Source: Occultella glacieicola (GTDB lineage Bacteria; Actinomycetota; Actinomycetes; Actinomycetales; Beutenbergiaceae). Taken from it: a stretch of DNA of 64,000 nt. The DNA lies in contig NZ_SMNA01000010.1 in NCBI RefSeq assembly GCF_004353825.1, positions 1 through 64,000 of the forward strand, written 5' to 3'. Under the pieces are notes generated by a model, which was given only the letters and a program-made list of their open reading frames with translations, had not been told where the DNA came from and did no database searches. Position numbers and translations under genes: made by a program. Positions 50,170-60,890 of the stretch are shown in pieces (within the stretch, counting starts at the first letter, position 1; every line of letters begins with the position of its first letter).

Positions 50170-53100
50170 TTGAGTCTGACGTCACGTCTGGCGCGCAACA
50201 AGCGCCGGATCGCGAGCGCCACCGTGATCTCCCTCGTGGTCGGCACGGTGGTCGCGCTCAGCCTCAACTACGAGGGCGTCGCCACGGCGGATGTCGAGCT
50301 CAACGACGGTGGCGTCTGGGTCTCGAACAACAACGATATCCTCGTCGGCCGGCTGAACTACCCGATCCAGGAGATCGACGCGAGCCTGGCCGGGCCGGGC
50401 TCGAACATCGACGTCCTGCAGCGCGAGGACGTGGTGTTCCTGCGCGACTTCAACTCCAACACGCTCCAGCGGGTCTCGACGGCGAACGTGGCCGTCAGCG
50501 GCGGCGTGGTGCAACTGCCGTCCGGTTCGGACATCGGCCTGGGTGACGACACGCTCGGGGTGCTCATCGAGGAGACCGGCGAGTACCGGGTCCTCGGCCT
50601 GGATCAGCTCGGCGTCCTCGAGGAGTCGACCGAGGACCCGACCGCCGTGCTCGGTGAGGGCGCCGTGCAGGCCGTGGCCGACGACGGCACCGCCTACGGT
50701 CTGGACGTCCTCGACGGCACCCTGTCCACGTTCACGCCGCAGGGCCGCGCCGCCGGTGACGAGCCCGAGACCGCCGAGCTCGACCCCGAGCTCCTCAGCG
50801 GCGCCGAGGTGCAGATGACCGTGGTCGGCGACGCCCCGGTGATCCTCGCCTACACCGAGGAGGACGACAGCCTGCACCTGCTGCAGCCGGGCCGCGACGC
50901 CGTCGACCTCTCCGGCCTCGAGCTCGACGCCGCGAGCGCGACCCTGCAGAGCGTCAGCCCGAACGGCGACACCGTGGCCCTGGCCACCACCGACGCCCTG
51001 GTGCGGGTGCCGCTCGGCGGGGGCGACCCGCAGGTGGTACCGGTGGAGAACCCCGGTCAGCCGGCCGCGCCGATGCAGATCTCCGGATGCACCCACGGTG
51101 CCTGGGCCGGCGGGCCCGCCTCGTACCTGCGCCTGTGCGGCGACACCGACCCGGTCGACCTCCCGGTCTCCGAGGCCACCGGCGGCGAGCTGAAGTTCCG
51201 CACCAACCGCGGCAACGTCGTCCTCAACGAACTGTCCTCCGGCAACTCCTGGATGATCGAGGACGCCCTCATCCTGGTGGACAACTGGGAGGACGTCACC
51301 CCTCCGCAGGACGAGGAGGAGGAAGAGGAGGAGTCCCAGGACCTCGAGCAGCAGGAGGTGCCGCTGGACCGGGAGGCCGAGAACCGACCGCCGACGGCGC
51401 AACCGGACTCGATCGGGCTGCGTGCCGGCGCGACCGTGGTGCTGCCGGTCCTGGACAACGACTCCGACCCCGACGGCGACCTGCTCATCGCCTCGGCGTT
51501 CGACGCCGTCCCGGAGACGTTCGGCACCGTCGAGGCGATCCTCGGCGGGCGGGCCCTGCAGATCCGGGTGGCCGAGGATGCGAGTGGCTCCGCGAACTTC
51601 AGCTACACCGCGGACGACGGCCGTGGCGGCACCGACACCGCCACGGTCGACCTCACCGTGCTCCCGAACTCGGTCAACGAACCGCCCGAGCAGCTGCGTG
51701 ACATCACGGCGCGGGTGGCCGCCGGTCAGAGCGTCACGGTGAACGTCATGAACGACGTCCGTGACCCCGAGGGCGACTCGATGTTCGTCGAGGGCACCGC
51801 CGAGGCCGCCGGTCTGGTGGTCCTCGCCAACCCGAACGGGTCGGTCACGATCACCGATCCCGGCCTGGCGACCGGGATCAAGGAGGTCATCGTCCTGCTC
51901 AGCGACGGCCGGGACGTGGCCGAGGTGACCCTGCAGATCGAGGTGCTGCCGGACGCGCCGGCCGCGCCGCAGGCGGTCTTCGACTTCGCGACCGCGTTCG
52001 TGGACGAGACCATCACGGTCGAGCCGCTCACGAACGACCTCGACCCGAACAACCGCCCGCTGCGGATGTCCAACGTGACCGCGGACAACGGCGGCCCGGA
52101 GATCGTGCCGGACATGGACGGCGGCACGTTCACGTTCACCGCGCAAGCCGCGGGGGACTACTACCTCACCTACATCCTCGCCGACGACGACGGCCAGCAG
52201 TCCACCGGGCTGATCCGTGTGAACGTGCGGGCCAAACAGGAGACGCCGCCGGTCGCGGTCGCCGATACCGCGCTGCTGCCGCCGCTCGGCTCGGTCCTGG
52301 TCGACGTGCTGCAGAACGACTCCGACCCGAACGGTGGGGTGCTCGCCGTCCAGCAGATCGACGTCCCGGACATCCCGGGTCTGCAGGTCGCCGTGCTCGA
52401 GCACCGGATCCTGCGGATCACCGCCACCCGCACGGTGAGCCAGCCGTTCACCATCAACTACACGGTCTCCAACGGGCTCGCGAGCGCGCCCGGTCAGGTC
52501 CAGGTGCTCCCGATGACCGGGGCCGAGGCCTCCCAGCCCCCGGTCGCCGAGGAGGACGTGGCCCGGGTCCGTGCCGGTGACCACGTGACCATCCCGGTCC
52601 TGGCCAACGACACCCACCCGAACGGGCTCACCTTCGAACTCTCCCCGGAGCTGGAGGAGGCCCCGGCGGAGGGTCAGGGTCTGATGTTCGTGGCCGGCGA
52701 CGTGGTCCGGTTCCAGGCGCCGGCGGAGGCCGGCACGGTGACCGCGGTCTACTCGATCGTCGACGAGGCCGGCCGGGTCGGCTCGGCCCGGATCACCATC
52801 TATGTCCAGGCCCGCTCCGACGACGCGAACGCCCCGCCGGTGCCGCAGCCCGTGGAGACCCGTTCGTTCGCAGGGGAGCGGATCCGGATCCCGATCAACA
52901 CCTACGGCATCGACCCGGACGGCGACTCGGTGCAGCTTCTCGGCGTGGCCGAGGGCCCGCAGCTCGGTCGGATCGTGGCGACCGGGCCGACGTACCTCGA
53001 CTATCAGGCGTACGTCGACGAGGCCGGCACCGACACGTTCAGCTACACGGTCCGGGACCGGCTCGGCCTCGTCGCGACCGCCCCGATCACGGTCGGCGTG

Positions 53101-56100
53101 ATCCCGCCGCCGGACACGAACCGGGACCCGGTGGCGGTGCCGGACGAGATCACGGTGCGCCCGAGCCGCGCTCTGCAGACCGACCCCCTTGCGAACGACA
53201 CCGACCCCGACGGCGATCAGTTGTTCTTCGACGACCCCGCCTTCTCCGGCACGGGTGGGCTCGAGGTCTCCATCGAGGACGGGCAGGTCGCGTTCGAGTC
53301 CCCGGCCGAGGCCGGCACCTACATCGTCACGTACAACGTGACCGACCGGCACGGCGGCTCCGACACCGGTGCCCTCACCGTGATCGTCGACCCCGACCAC
53401 GCCCCGCAGCCCCCGATCGCCGTGGATGACGTGGTCCCCGCGAGCGCGATCCTCGGCGAGACGCTCGTGGACGTCGTGGTGCTGGAGAACGACACCGACC
53501 CGGACGGAAGCGTCGAGGACCTCGAAGTGAGCATCCCGGCCGGGAATGCCACCGCCCAGTCCGTCGGCAACAACGTGCGGATCGAGTTGACCGACAACCG
53601 CCAGGTGGTCACCTACCAGGTCACCGACCAGGACGGGTTGAGTTCCTACGCGTTCATCGACGTGCCCGGCCTGCTCGACACCGGCCCGGTGCTGAACCCG
53701 GACGCACCACCGATCGAGGTGCTGGCCGGGGAGTCGGTCGAACTGCCGCTCGAGGACTACGTGGTCGCACTCAGCGGTCAGCCGGTGCAGCTCGCGGACA
53801 CCACGACCGTGCGGGCCACGAACTCCGACGGGTCGAACCCGGTCGTGGACGCGACCACACTGCAGTACACCTCGGACCCGGAGTACGTCGGCGCCGCCTC
53901 CCTGACCTTCGAGGTCACCGACGCCCCGGACATCAACGCCGACGGCATCCTGACGTCCGTGCTCACCCTGGACATCACGGTGACCTCGGACGAGAACAAG
54001 CCACCGCGGGTGCGCGCCGGTTCGCTGTCCGCCGAGGCCGGCGGCGAGTCCGAGTCGCTCGACCTGTCCCGCCTGGCCGACGACCCCGACGGCGACCCCG
54101 GGCTCCTCGAGTACGAGATCGCCGACGAGGTGCCCGGCTTCGACGTCGAGATCACCGACGACGTCATCCTCACCGTCAGCGCCCACGAGGACACCGCCAA
54201 GGGCACCGCCGAGGACCTGATCATCAACGTCACCGACGGCGAGAGCGACCCGGTCCCGCTGACCGTCACCCTGACGGCCACCGGGAGCACCCGGGAGCTC
54301 ATCGTCGCGAACAACGACGACGCCGGCGACATCCACCAGGGCGAATCCACGACCGTGGACGTGCTGGCGAACGACTCCAACCCGTTCCCGGACTCCGAGC
54401 GCACCATCCTCAGCGCGCAGATCGTCCAGGGCAGCGGCACCGCTGCCGTCTCCGGCGACCAGGTGACGATCACCCCGGCGCCGGAGTACAACGGGCGGCT
54501 GCTCGCCAGCTACACCGTGGTGGACGTGACCGGTGACCCCGACCGCGTGGTCGAGGCCCAGATCAGCGCCGCCGTGCTCGGCCGCCCGGACCCGCCGTAC
54601 GTGCCCCTGGTGGGCTCGGAGGGCAACCGTGAGGTGGTGCTGTCCTGGACCGCACCGAACGACAACGGTGCGCCGATCACCGGCTATACCGTGTCCGGTG
54701 GCGGCGTCAGCCAGCAGTGCGCGACCACCACCTGCACCATCGGCGGCCTGACGAACGGGAACGTGTACTCGTTCACGGTGACGGCGACCAACGAGGTCGG
54801 CGAGTCCGACCCGAGCCCCGCCTCGCGGGAGGCGATCCCGGACGTGAAGCCGCAGGCACCCGCACCGCCGACGCTGGAGTTCGGCGACGGCGAACTGGCC
54901 GTCAACTGGACCCCGCCGGTCAACGAGGGCACGCCGATCACGAGCTACGACGTGCAGATCTCGCCGGCGACCGGCGGCACCAGCCAGCAGTCGGTGACCG
55001 GCACCTCGATGACCTGGACCGGCCTGACGAACGGCCAGACCTACACGTTCCGGGTCCGCGCCATCAACGACGCACCCGAGCCCGGTGACTGGTCCGGCTG
55101 GTCCCAGGGGGAGTACCCCTCGGGCCCGCCGCTGCAGCCCGCCGCCCCGCAGGCGAACCGCGTCGACGACCCGGACGGTCGCCGGCTCACGGTGAGCTGG
55201 AGCCCGCCGAACAACAACGGTGACGCGATCAGCGCGTACTACCTGACCGTGATCCAGGACGGCGCGCCTGCAGCACCGATCACCCTCTCGGGCAGCGTGA
55301 CGTCCCGCGAGGTGCAGGTCGAGAACGGCCACGACTACCGGTTCACGGTGGTAGCGGAGAACCGGTCCGGCCGCTCGCCGGCATCGGGGCCGTCGAACCA
55401 GGTGCGTTCGTTCGGGCAGCCCGGTCAGGTGACCGGGGTGAGCGCGGCGCCGACCGGCGCCGACCAGCGGGCGACCGTGGGCTACTCCGCACCGGCGAGC
55501 AACGGCCAGGCCATCTCCCGGTACGAGTACAGCCTCTCCGGCGGCGGCGCCCAGTCGCTGCCGAGCAGCGGCACGATCAGCACCCCCGGTGCGGACGGTA
55601 CCTCCTACACGGTGCGGGTCCGGGCCTGCAACACCTACTGCGGGCCGTGGAGCGCGGCCTCGGCGTCGTTCTCGACGTACGGCCCGCCCAGCGCTTCGGG
55701 CGTGGACATCTCGTCGTCGGCCAACGGCCGACAGGTGTCCTTCTCCTGGACCGCTCCGGCCAGCAATAACGGCGCGAACATCACCGCGACCCGGTGGCGG
55801 ATCGACGGCGGCGGCTGGACCGTCGTGAACGGACGCACCGGGAACGCCTCGACCGGCGGCAACTGGGAGCAGAACCACACCATCGACGTCCAGGTGCGGA
55901 ACCAGCATGGTCAGTGGAGCTCGGGGAGTGCGTCCCGGACCGAACGGGCCGAGGAGGACCCGACGCCACCGCAGCCACCGCCAGTCGTCATCGGCGCCGA
56001 CCGCGGTGCCGGTGCGACCTGTGACGGCGGCGGGAGTTGTGCGCACGTGGTGCTCACCTACCAGAACCTGCCCGCCGTGTCCGGTGGCTACCACGCGGTA

Positions 56101-56280
56101 TTCACCGTGTCGAGCAGCAACTGTGGCAACACGTTCACCCGTGACTACGACGGTGTCGCCGCCGGCGGCGGGGACGGCCGGTGGCAGTCCGGCGGCTATT
56201 GGGGCACGTCCTGCCGCGGCACGGTCACCTGGACCCTGACCGGCGGTGGCAATCGCTACAGCGGCTCGTCAGGTTGGTGA
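50170..56280 (+). CDS. 2036-aa surface protein, N-terminal anchor, tandem Ig/cadherin-like (NDxDPDGD) repeats and FN3 domains
   Basis: Many NDxDPxG motifs; WTAPNDNGAPITGY-type FN3 repeats; TTG start. Confidence 0.92.
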   Translation: MSLTSRLARNKRRIASATVISLVVGTVVALSLNYEGVATADVELNDGGVWVSNNNDILVGRLNYPIQEIDASLAGPGSNIDVLQREDVVFLRDFNSNTLQRVSTANVAVSGGVVQLPSGSDIGLGDDTLGVLIEETGEYRVLGLDQLGVLEESTEDPTAVLGEGAVQAVADDGTAYGLDVLDGTLSTFTPQGRAAGDEPETAELDPELLSGAEVQMTVVGDAPVILAYTEEDDSLHLLQPGRDAVDLSGLELDAASATLQSVSPNGDTVALATTDALVRVPLGGGDPQVVPVENPGQPAAPMQISGCTHGAWAGGPASYLRLCGDTDPVDLPVSEATGGELKFRTNRGNVVLNELSSGNSWMIEDALILVDNWEDVTPPQDEEEEEEESQDLEQQEVPLDREAENRPPTAQPDSIGLRAGATVVLPVLDNDSDPDGDLLIASAFDAVPETFGTVEAILGGRALQIRVAEDASGSANFSYTADDGRGGTDTATVDLTVLPNSVNEPPEQLRDITARVAAGQSVTVNVMNDVRDPEGDSMFVEGTAEAAGLVVLANPNGSVTITDPGLATGIKEVIVLLSDGRDVAEVTLQIEVLPDAPAAPQAVFDFATAFVDETITVEPLTNDLDPNNRPLRMSNVTADNGGPEIVPDMDGGTFTFTAQAAGDYYLTYILADDDGQQSTGLIRVNVRAKQETPPVAVADTALLPPLGSVLVDVLQNDSDPNGGVLAVQQIDVPDIPGLQVAVLEHRILRITATRTVSQPFTINYTVSNGLASAPGQVQVLPMTGAEASQPPVAEEDVARVRAGDHVTIPVLANDTHPNGLTFELSPELEEAPAEGQGLMFVAGDVVRFQAPAEAGTVTAVYSIVDEAGRVGSARITIYVQARSDDANAPPVPQPVETRSFAGERIRIPINTYGIDPDGDSVQLLGVAEGPQLGRIVATGPTYLDYQAYVDEAGTDTFSYTVRDRLGLVATAPITVGVIPPPDTNRDPVAVPDEITVRPSRALQTDPLANDTDPDGDQLFFDDPAFSGTGGLEVSIEDGQVAFESPAEAGTYIVTYNVTDRHGGSDTGALTVIVDPDHAPQPPIAVDDVVPASAILGETLVDVVVLENDTDPDGSVEDLEVSIPAGNATAQSVGNNVRIELTDNRQVVTYQVTDQDGLSSYAFIDVPGLLDTGPVLNPDAPPIEVLAGESVELPLEDYVVALSGQPVQLADTTTVRATNSDGSNPVVDATTLQYTSDPEYVGAASLTFEVTDAPDINADGILTSVLTLDITVTSDENKPPRVRAGSLSAEAGGESESLDLSRLADDPDGDPGLLEYEIADEVPGFDVEITDDVILTVSAHEDTAKGTAEDLIINVTDGESDPVPLTVTLTATGSTRELIVANNDDAGDIHQGESTTVDVLANDSNPFPDSERTILSAQIVQGSGTAAVSGDQVTITPAPEYNGRLLASYTVVDVTGDPDRVVEAQISAAVLGRPDPPYVPLVGSEGNREVVLSWTAPNDNGAPITGYTVSGGGVSQQCATTTCTIGGLTNGNVYSFTVTATNEVGESDPSPASREAIPDVKPQAPAPPTLEFGDGELAVNWTPPVNEGTPITSYDVQISPATGGTSQQSVTGTSMTWTGLTNGQTYTFRVRAINDAPEPGDWSGWSQGEYPSGPPLQPAAPQANRVDDPDGRRLTVSWSPPNNNGDAISAYYLTVIQDGAPAAPITLSGSVTSREVQVENGHDYRFTVVAENRSGRSPASGPSNQVRSFGQPGQVTGVSAAPTGADQRATVGYSAPASNGQAISRYEYSLSGGGAQSLPSSGTISTPGADGTSYTVRVRACNTYCGPWSAASASFSTYGPPSASGVDISSSANGRQVSFSWTAPASNNGANITATRWRIDGGGWTVVNGRTGNASTGGNWEQNHTIDVQVRNQHGQWSSGSASRTERAEEDPTPPQPPPVVIGADRGAGATCDGGGSCAHVVLTYQNLPAVSGGYHAVFTVSSSNCGNTFTRDYDGVAAGGGDGRWQSGGYWGTSCRGTVTWTLTGGGNRYSGSSGW

Positions 56281-56320
56281 TCTCCGTGCGCTCCGCCCGA
56301 TCGAACGAACAGAAGGACAC

Positions 56321-57319
56321 ATGACCGCAACTGACACCCGCGCCGCCCTGACCGCCGAACAGGCGGGGTGGTTCGCGGACACCTTCGAACGGCTCGTCGG
56401 CAACGTCTCCCAGGCGGTGCTCGGCAAGCCGCACGTGGTGCGCCTGGCGTTCACGTGCCTGCTTAGCAACGGTCACCTGCTCCTCGAGGACTACCCGGGC
56501 ACCGGGAAGACCTCGCTCGCGCGCGCCCTGGCCGCCACCGTGCAGGCCACCCACAGCCGGATCCAGTTCACTCCGGACCTGCTGCCCTCGGACGTCACCG
56601 GCGTGACGATCTTCGACCAGGAGTCCCACCAGTTCCAGTTCCACAAGGGCCCGATCTTCGCGTCCGTGGTCCTCGCGGACGAGATCAACCGGGCCTCCCC
56701 GAAGACGCAGTCGGCGCTCCTGGAGGTCATGGAGGAGGGCCGCGTCACGATCGACGGCATCCCGCACGAGGTGGGCCGCCCGTTCATCGTGCTGGCCACC
56801 CAGAACCCGATCGAGCAGGCCGGCACCTACCGGCTCCCCGAGGCGCAGCTGGACCGGTTCCTGATGCGCTCCTCGATCGGCTACCCGGACACCGACGCGA
56901 CCGTCGCGATCCTGGCCGGCAGCGCCATCCGGGACCGCTCCGCCACGCTGAGCCCGGTGATCACCGGCTCGGCCGTCGTGGACATGGCGGACCTGGCCGC
57001 GACCGTGTACGTCGACCCGGCCGTGCTCTCCTACGTCACCCAGATCGCCGAGGCCACCCGCCGGGCGCCCGAGATCGCGCTCGGGGTGTCCGTGCGTGGC
57101 GCGCTCGGGCTGGTCCGGGCCGCGAAGACCTGGGCAGCCTCGCAGGGCCGCCACTACGTGATCCCGGACGACGTCAAGGCCCTCGCGGAGCCCGTGCTCG
57201 CGCACCGGCTGGTCCTGGACGCCGAGGCGGAGTTCGAGGGCGCCGAGGCCGGCACCTCGCTCACCCGGATCCTCGCCGAGGTCGCGCCGCCGGCCCAACG
57301 AGCCTCGGTGACCTCCTGA
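56321..57319 (+). CDS. MoxR-family AAA+ ATPase
   Basis: EDYPGTGKT, RIQFTPDLLPSD, LADEINRA, LPEAQLDRF. Confidence 0.95.
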   Translation: MTATDTRAALTAEQAGWFADTFERLVGNVSQAVLGKPHVVRLAFTCLLSNGHLLLEDYPGTGKTSLARALAATVQATHSRIQFTPDLLPSDVTGVTIFDQESHQFQFHKGPIFASVVLADEINRASPKTQSALLEVMEEGRVTIDGIPHEVGRPFIVLATQNPIEQAGTYRLPEAQLDRFLMRSSIGYPDTDATVAILAGSAIRDRSATLSPVITGSAVVDMADLAATVYVDPAVLSYVTQIAEATRRAPEIALGVSVRGALGLVRAAKTWAASQGRHYVIPDDVKALAEPVLAHRLVLDAEAEFEGAEAGTSLTRILAEVAPPAQRASVTS

Positions 57320-57320
57320 C

Positions 57321-58577
57321 GTGAGCGGATTCGGCACCGAGGGCACTCCCCGCTCGGTCGGCTACACCACCAGCTCGGTCACCCGGGTGGTGGCGGGCCT
57401 GGTAACCCAGGTGCGGCGGACCACGAGCGTCCTCACCTGGATCACCCGGGCCGCCTGGGTGGTCCTGGCCGTCGGCGTGGTCGCGCTGGTCGCGGGATTC
57501 TGGCTGAATTGGATCGAGCTGATCGTGCTCGGCGCCGGGTTCGTCTGCGCCCTGCTGGCGGCCGCCGTCTTCGCGATCGGCCGGCACCCGTACGCGATCA
57601 CCCTCCGGCTGCGTGAGGGCCGCGTGGTCGTCGGCGAGCGGGCCATGGGCGGCATCGATATCCGCAACACGTCCCACTCGTCCGTGCTCCCGGCACGTAT
57701 CGAGCTGCCGGTCGGCAGCACCCGCGCGAGCTTCGCCCTGCCCGGGCTGCCCCCCGAGGGAGAGCACGACGAACTGTTCGCGATCCCGACCACCCGCCGC
57801 GGCGTCATCGTGGTCGGCCCGGTGTCCTCGGTGCGCGGCGACCCGCTCGGGCTGATCCGCCGGTCGGTCCTGTGGACCGACCCGGAGGAGCTCTACGTCC
57901 ACCCGCGCACGATCCGGATGGGCGGGTCGGCAGCGGGGTTCCTGCACGACCTCGAGGGCCGGGAGACCCGCGAGATCACGAACGCGGACCTGTCCTTCCA
58001 CGCCCTGCGCGAGTACGTCCCCGGCGACGACCGCCGCTACGTGCACTGGCGGTCCTCGGCCCGCACCGGCACCCTCATGGTGCGCCAGTTCGAGGAGACC
58101 CGCCGCTCCCACCTGGTCCTGGCGATCTCGGCCCAGGACCGCGACTACGCGGACCCGGACGAGTTCGAGCTGGCGATCTCCGCCGTCGGATCCCTGGGCC
58201 TGCAGGCCCTCAACAGCGAGAAGCAGCTCACCGCGATGTCCTCGCACGAGGTGCTCCGCACCGCGGCGCCGCGGCCGTTCCTGGACGAGCTGACCCGGCT
58301 CGAGACCGTGAAGTCGCCCACCACGGTGGTGGAGATGGCCCGGACGATCACCAGGGACGTGCTCCGCGCGACGGTCGCCGTGATGATCTGCGGCTCCAGC
58401 GTGAGCGCCCGGGACATCCGGGCCGCCGGTGCGGTGCTGCCGGTCGGGGTGCGCGCCCTGGCGATCCAGACCCGGATCGGCGCGGAGCCGTCGGTGCACC
58501 GGCTCGGTTCGGTCACCGTCCTCGAACTGGGGGCGCTGGAGGACCTGCCCCGCGGCTTCCGGAAGCTGGAACGATGA
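57321..58577 (+). CDS. DUF58 protein (2 TM + vWA-like domain)
   Basis: GDPLGL, LREYVPGDDRRYVHWRSSAR. Confidence 0.92.
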   Translation: MSGFGTEGTPRSVGYTTSSVTRVVAGLVTQVRRTTSVLTWITRAAWVVLAVGVVALVAGFWLNWIELIVLGAGFVCALLAAAVFAIGRHPYAITLRLREGRVVVGERAMGGIDIRNTSHSSVLPARIELPVGSTRASFALPGLPPEGEHDELFAIPTTRRGVIVVGPVSSVRGDPLGLIRRSVLWTDPEELYVHPRTIRMGGSAAGFLHDLEGRETREITNADLSFHALREYVPGDDRRYVHWRSSARTGTLMVRQFEETRRSHLVLAISAQDRDYADPDEFELAISAVGSLGLQALNSEKQLTAMSSHEVLRTAAPRPFLDELTRLETVKSPTTVVEMARTITRDVLRATVAVMICGSSVSARDIRAAGAVLPVGVRALAIQTRIGAEPSVHRLGSVTVLELGALEDLPRGFRKLER

Positions 58578-60844
58578 GCGCCCCGGTCGCGGCCGTGGAC
58601 CCGGTGGTCGACGCACCCGAACCCGCGCCGAGCGCCCCCCGCCCGACGTGGCTCACCTGGTTCACCCGGGCCAGGGTGGTCAACGCCGTCGTCCCGGTGG
58701 TGCTGCTCGCGATGGCGCTGGCACCCCTGCAGCAGGTCTACCTGACCCGGCACCTGTTCATCACGATCATCGGCGGCCTGCTCCTCGGCGGCGGCATCGC
58801 CGTCCTCGGCGCGATGCGCCGGCTGAGCACCCTGACCGTGCTCGCCGTCTCCCTCGTCGTGTTCTTCCTGTGCGGGGCCCTGGCCGCGCCGACCACCGCG
58901 ATCGCCGGGATCCTGCCCACCCCGACCACGTGGCGGGTGATGGGCCTGGGCGTCGTCACCGTCTGGAAGTCCGTGCTGACGCTGGACCCGCCGCTGGGCA
59001 CCGGGGGCGGACTGCTCCTGCTGCCCTACCTGCTGGCCTTCTTCGGCGCACTGATCTCGGTCACGGTCTCGCTGCGCGCCAAGCACTTCACGCTCAGCCT
59101 GATCCCGCCGGCCCTGGTCCTGATCGCCTCGATCCTGTTCGGGACCCGGCTGTCGGTCCTGGCCGGGGTGCTCGGCATCGCCGGGGTGCTGATCTCGCTG
59201 ACCTGGGTGGCCTGGCGGGCGGACCGGCTGGAACCGAACCGCATCCTCGCCGCCTCGATCGTGCTCGGCCTCGCCGCGCTCGGCGGCACCACCGCGTCGG
59301 TGTTCGCGGCCCCGGACAACCCGCGCGTGGTGCTGCGTGACTTCGTCGACCCGCCGCCGGACCCGCAGGACTACTCCAGCCCGCTGGCCGGGTTCCGCAA
59401 CTACGTCGACGAGCAGGCCGAGGAGACGGTGTTCACGGTGACCGGGCTGCCCGCCGGCACCGAGCGGATCCGCCTCGCGGCGCTGGACTCCTACAACGGC
59501 ACGGTCTGGAACGTCGCCGGCGGCGACAACCCCGGCACCGGCGCCTTCATGCGGACCGGCGAGCGGATCGCCGTCGACGTCCCGGAGAACGCGGTGAGCA
59601 CGTCGGTGAGCGTCGACGGATACCGCGGGGTGTGGCTGCCGAACGTCGGCAACACCCTCGACGTGGACTTCACGACGGGCGACGTCGACGCCCTCACCGA
59701 CTCCTTCTACTACAACGCGACCACGGACACCGGCTTGGTCACCCGCGGGCTCGCCGAAGGTGACGGGTACGAGCTGGTCTCGGCCCCGGCCGCCGAGGCT
59801 CCCAGCGACGTCACCCAGCTCGTGGCGTCCCGGGTCGCGCAGCCGTCGCCGCGGTCGGTGCCGGACATCGTCGGCTCCCTCGCCGGGCAGTGGGCCGCGG
59901 ACGCCAACTCCGACTACGCCAAGGTCGAGGCGCTCGCCAGCGCGCTCAGCACGCAGGGCTTCTTCTCCCACGGGCTCGTCGGTGAGGTGCCGTCCCGGCC
60001 CGGCCACGGCGCCGCCCGGCTGCTGAGCATGTTCGAGGGCGATCAGATGGTGGGCGACGCCGAGCAGTACGCCGCCGTGATGGCCCTGATGGTCCGCGAG
60101 CTCGGCTACCCGGCCCGGGTCGTGATGGGCTTCGAGGTGCCCACCGGTGCCGACGCCGGCGCGGTCGCGATCACCGGCGAGAACGTGACCGCCTGGGTGG
60201 AGGTGCCGTTCGACGGGGTCGGCTGGCTGCCGTTCTTCCCGACCCCGGACGAGGACCAGATCCCGCAGAGCGAGGACCCGGACCCGGTGGACCGGCCCCA
60301 GCCGCAGGTGCTCCAGCCGCCGCCGCCCCCGCAGGAGCCGCCGGACGTGCCCCCGCAGGACCGCGACGACGCCGACGTCGAGGACCAGCAGACGAAGGAC
60401 GAGGAGTCGTTCGTGCGCTGGCTGCTCATCGGCGCCGCCGTGGGCGGGCCGATCCTGCTGCTGCTCAGCCCGTTCATCGTGATCGCGGCGATCAAGGCCC
60501 GACGGCGTAAGCGACGCCGGGTGCGCGGCGTACCCGTGCAGCGCATCGCCGGGGGCTGGTCCGAAGTCGAGGACCAGGCGGTCGACCTGGGGGTCACGCA
60601 CGGGCCGGGGGCCACCCGGCGGGAGGCTGCCGGCGCCTTCGACGAGGCGTTCCCGGCAGCGGGCACCGCGGTCCTGGCCCGGCGCGCGGACGCGAGCGTG
60701 TTCGCGCCGGATCTGGCCGGCGAGGACGAGGCGGTGGCGTACTGGCGGGACGTCCGTGGCGCCACGGACCGCCTGCGTCACGGCGTGAACCGGCGTCGCC
60801 GGTTGCGGGCCAGGTTCTCGCTCCGGTCGCTGCGCCGTCGATAG
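58574..60844 (+). CDS. Multi-TM transglutaminase-like protein, catalytic residues substituted
   Basis: Several N-terminal TMs; GDAEQYA...PARVVMGF...TAWVEV...FFPTP. Confidence 0.88.
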   Translation: MSAPVAAVDPVVDAPEPAPSAPRPTWLTWFTRARVVNAVVPVVLLAMALAPLQQVYLTRHLFITIIGGLLLGGGIAVLGAMRRLSTLTVLAVSLVVFFLCGALAAPTTAIAGILPTPTTWRVMGLGVVTVWKSVLTLDPPLGTGGGLLLLPYLLAFFGALISVTVSLRAKHFTLSLIPPALVLIASILFGTRLSVLAGVLGIAGVLISLTWVAWRADRLEPNRILAASIVLGLAALGGTTASVFAAPDNPRVVLRDFVDPPPDPQDYSSPLAGFRNYVDEQAEETVFTVTGLPAGTERIRLAALDSYNGTVWNVAGGDNPGTGAFMRTGERIAVDVPENAVSTSVSVDGYRGVWLPNVGNTLDVDFTTGDVDALTDSFYYNATTDTGLVTRGLAEGDGYELVSAPAAEAPSDVTQLVASRVAQPSPRSVPDIVGSLAGQWAADANSDYAKVEALASALSTQGFFSHGLVGEVPSRPGHGAARLLSMFEGDQMVGDAEQYAAVMALMVRELGYPARVVMGFEVPTGADAGAVAITGENVTAWVEVPFDGVGWLPFFPTPDEDQIPQSEDPDPVDRPQPQVLQPPPPPQEPPDVPPQDRDDADVEDQQTKDEESFVRWLLIGAAVGGPILLLLSPFIVIAAIKARRRKRRRVRGVPVQRIAGGWSEVEDQAVDLGVTHGPGATRREAAGAFDEAFPAAGTAVLARRADASVFAPDLAGEDEAVAYWRDVRGATDRLRHGVNRRRRLRARFSLRSLRRR

Positions 60845-60890
60845 GCGGATCTGTCAGACCGGGTACCGCGCGTCCGACTATGGTGTGCCC

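Noticed and set aside
50182..56094. 1970-aa antisense ORF, and similar long antisense ORFs over lepA, the TGase-like gene and the FHA gene
   Set aside because: Expected shadow of GC3-biased coding on the opposite strand; no recognisable motifs
44753..60844. Type VI/VII secretion or anti-phage system
   Set aside because: Kinase/PP2C/FHA occur in such loci, but no FtsK/EccC, WXG100, Tss or nuclease effector genes are visible
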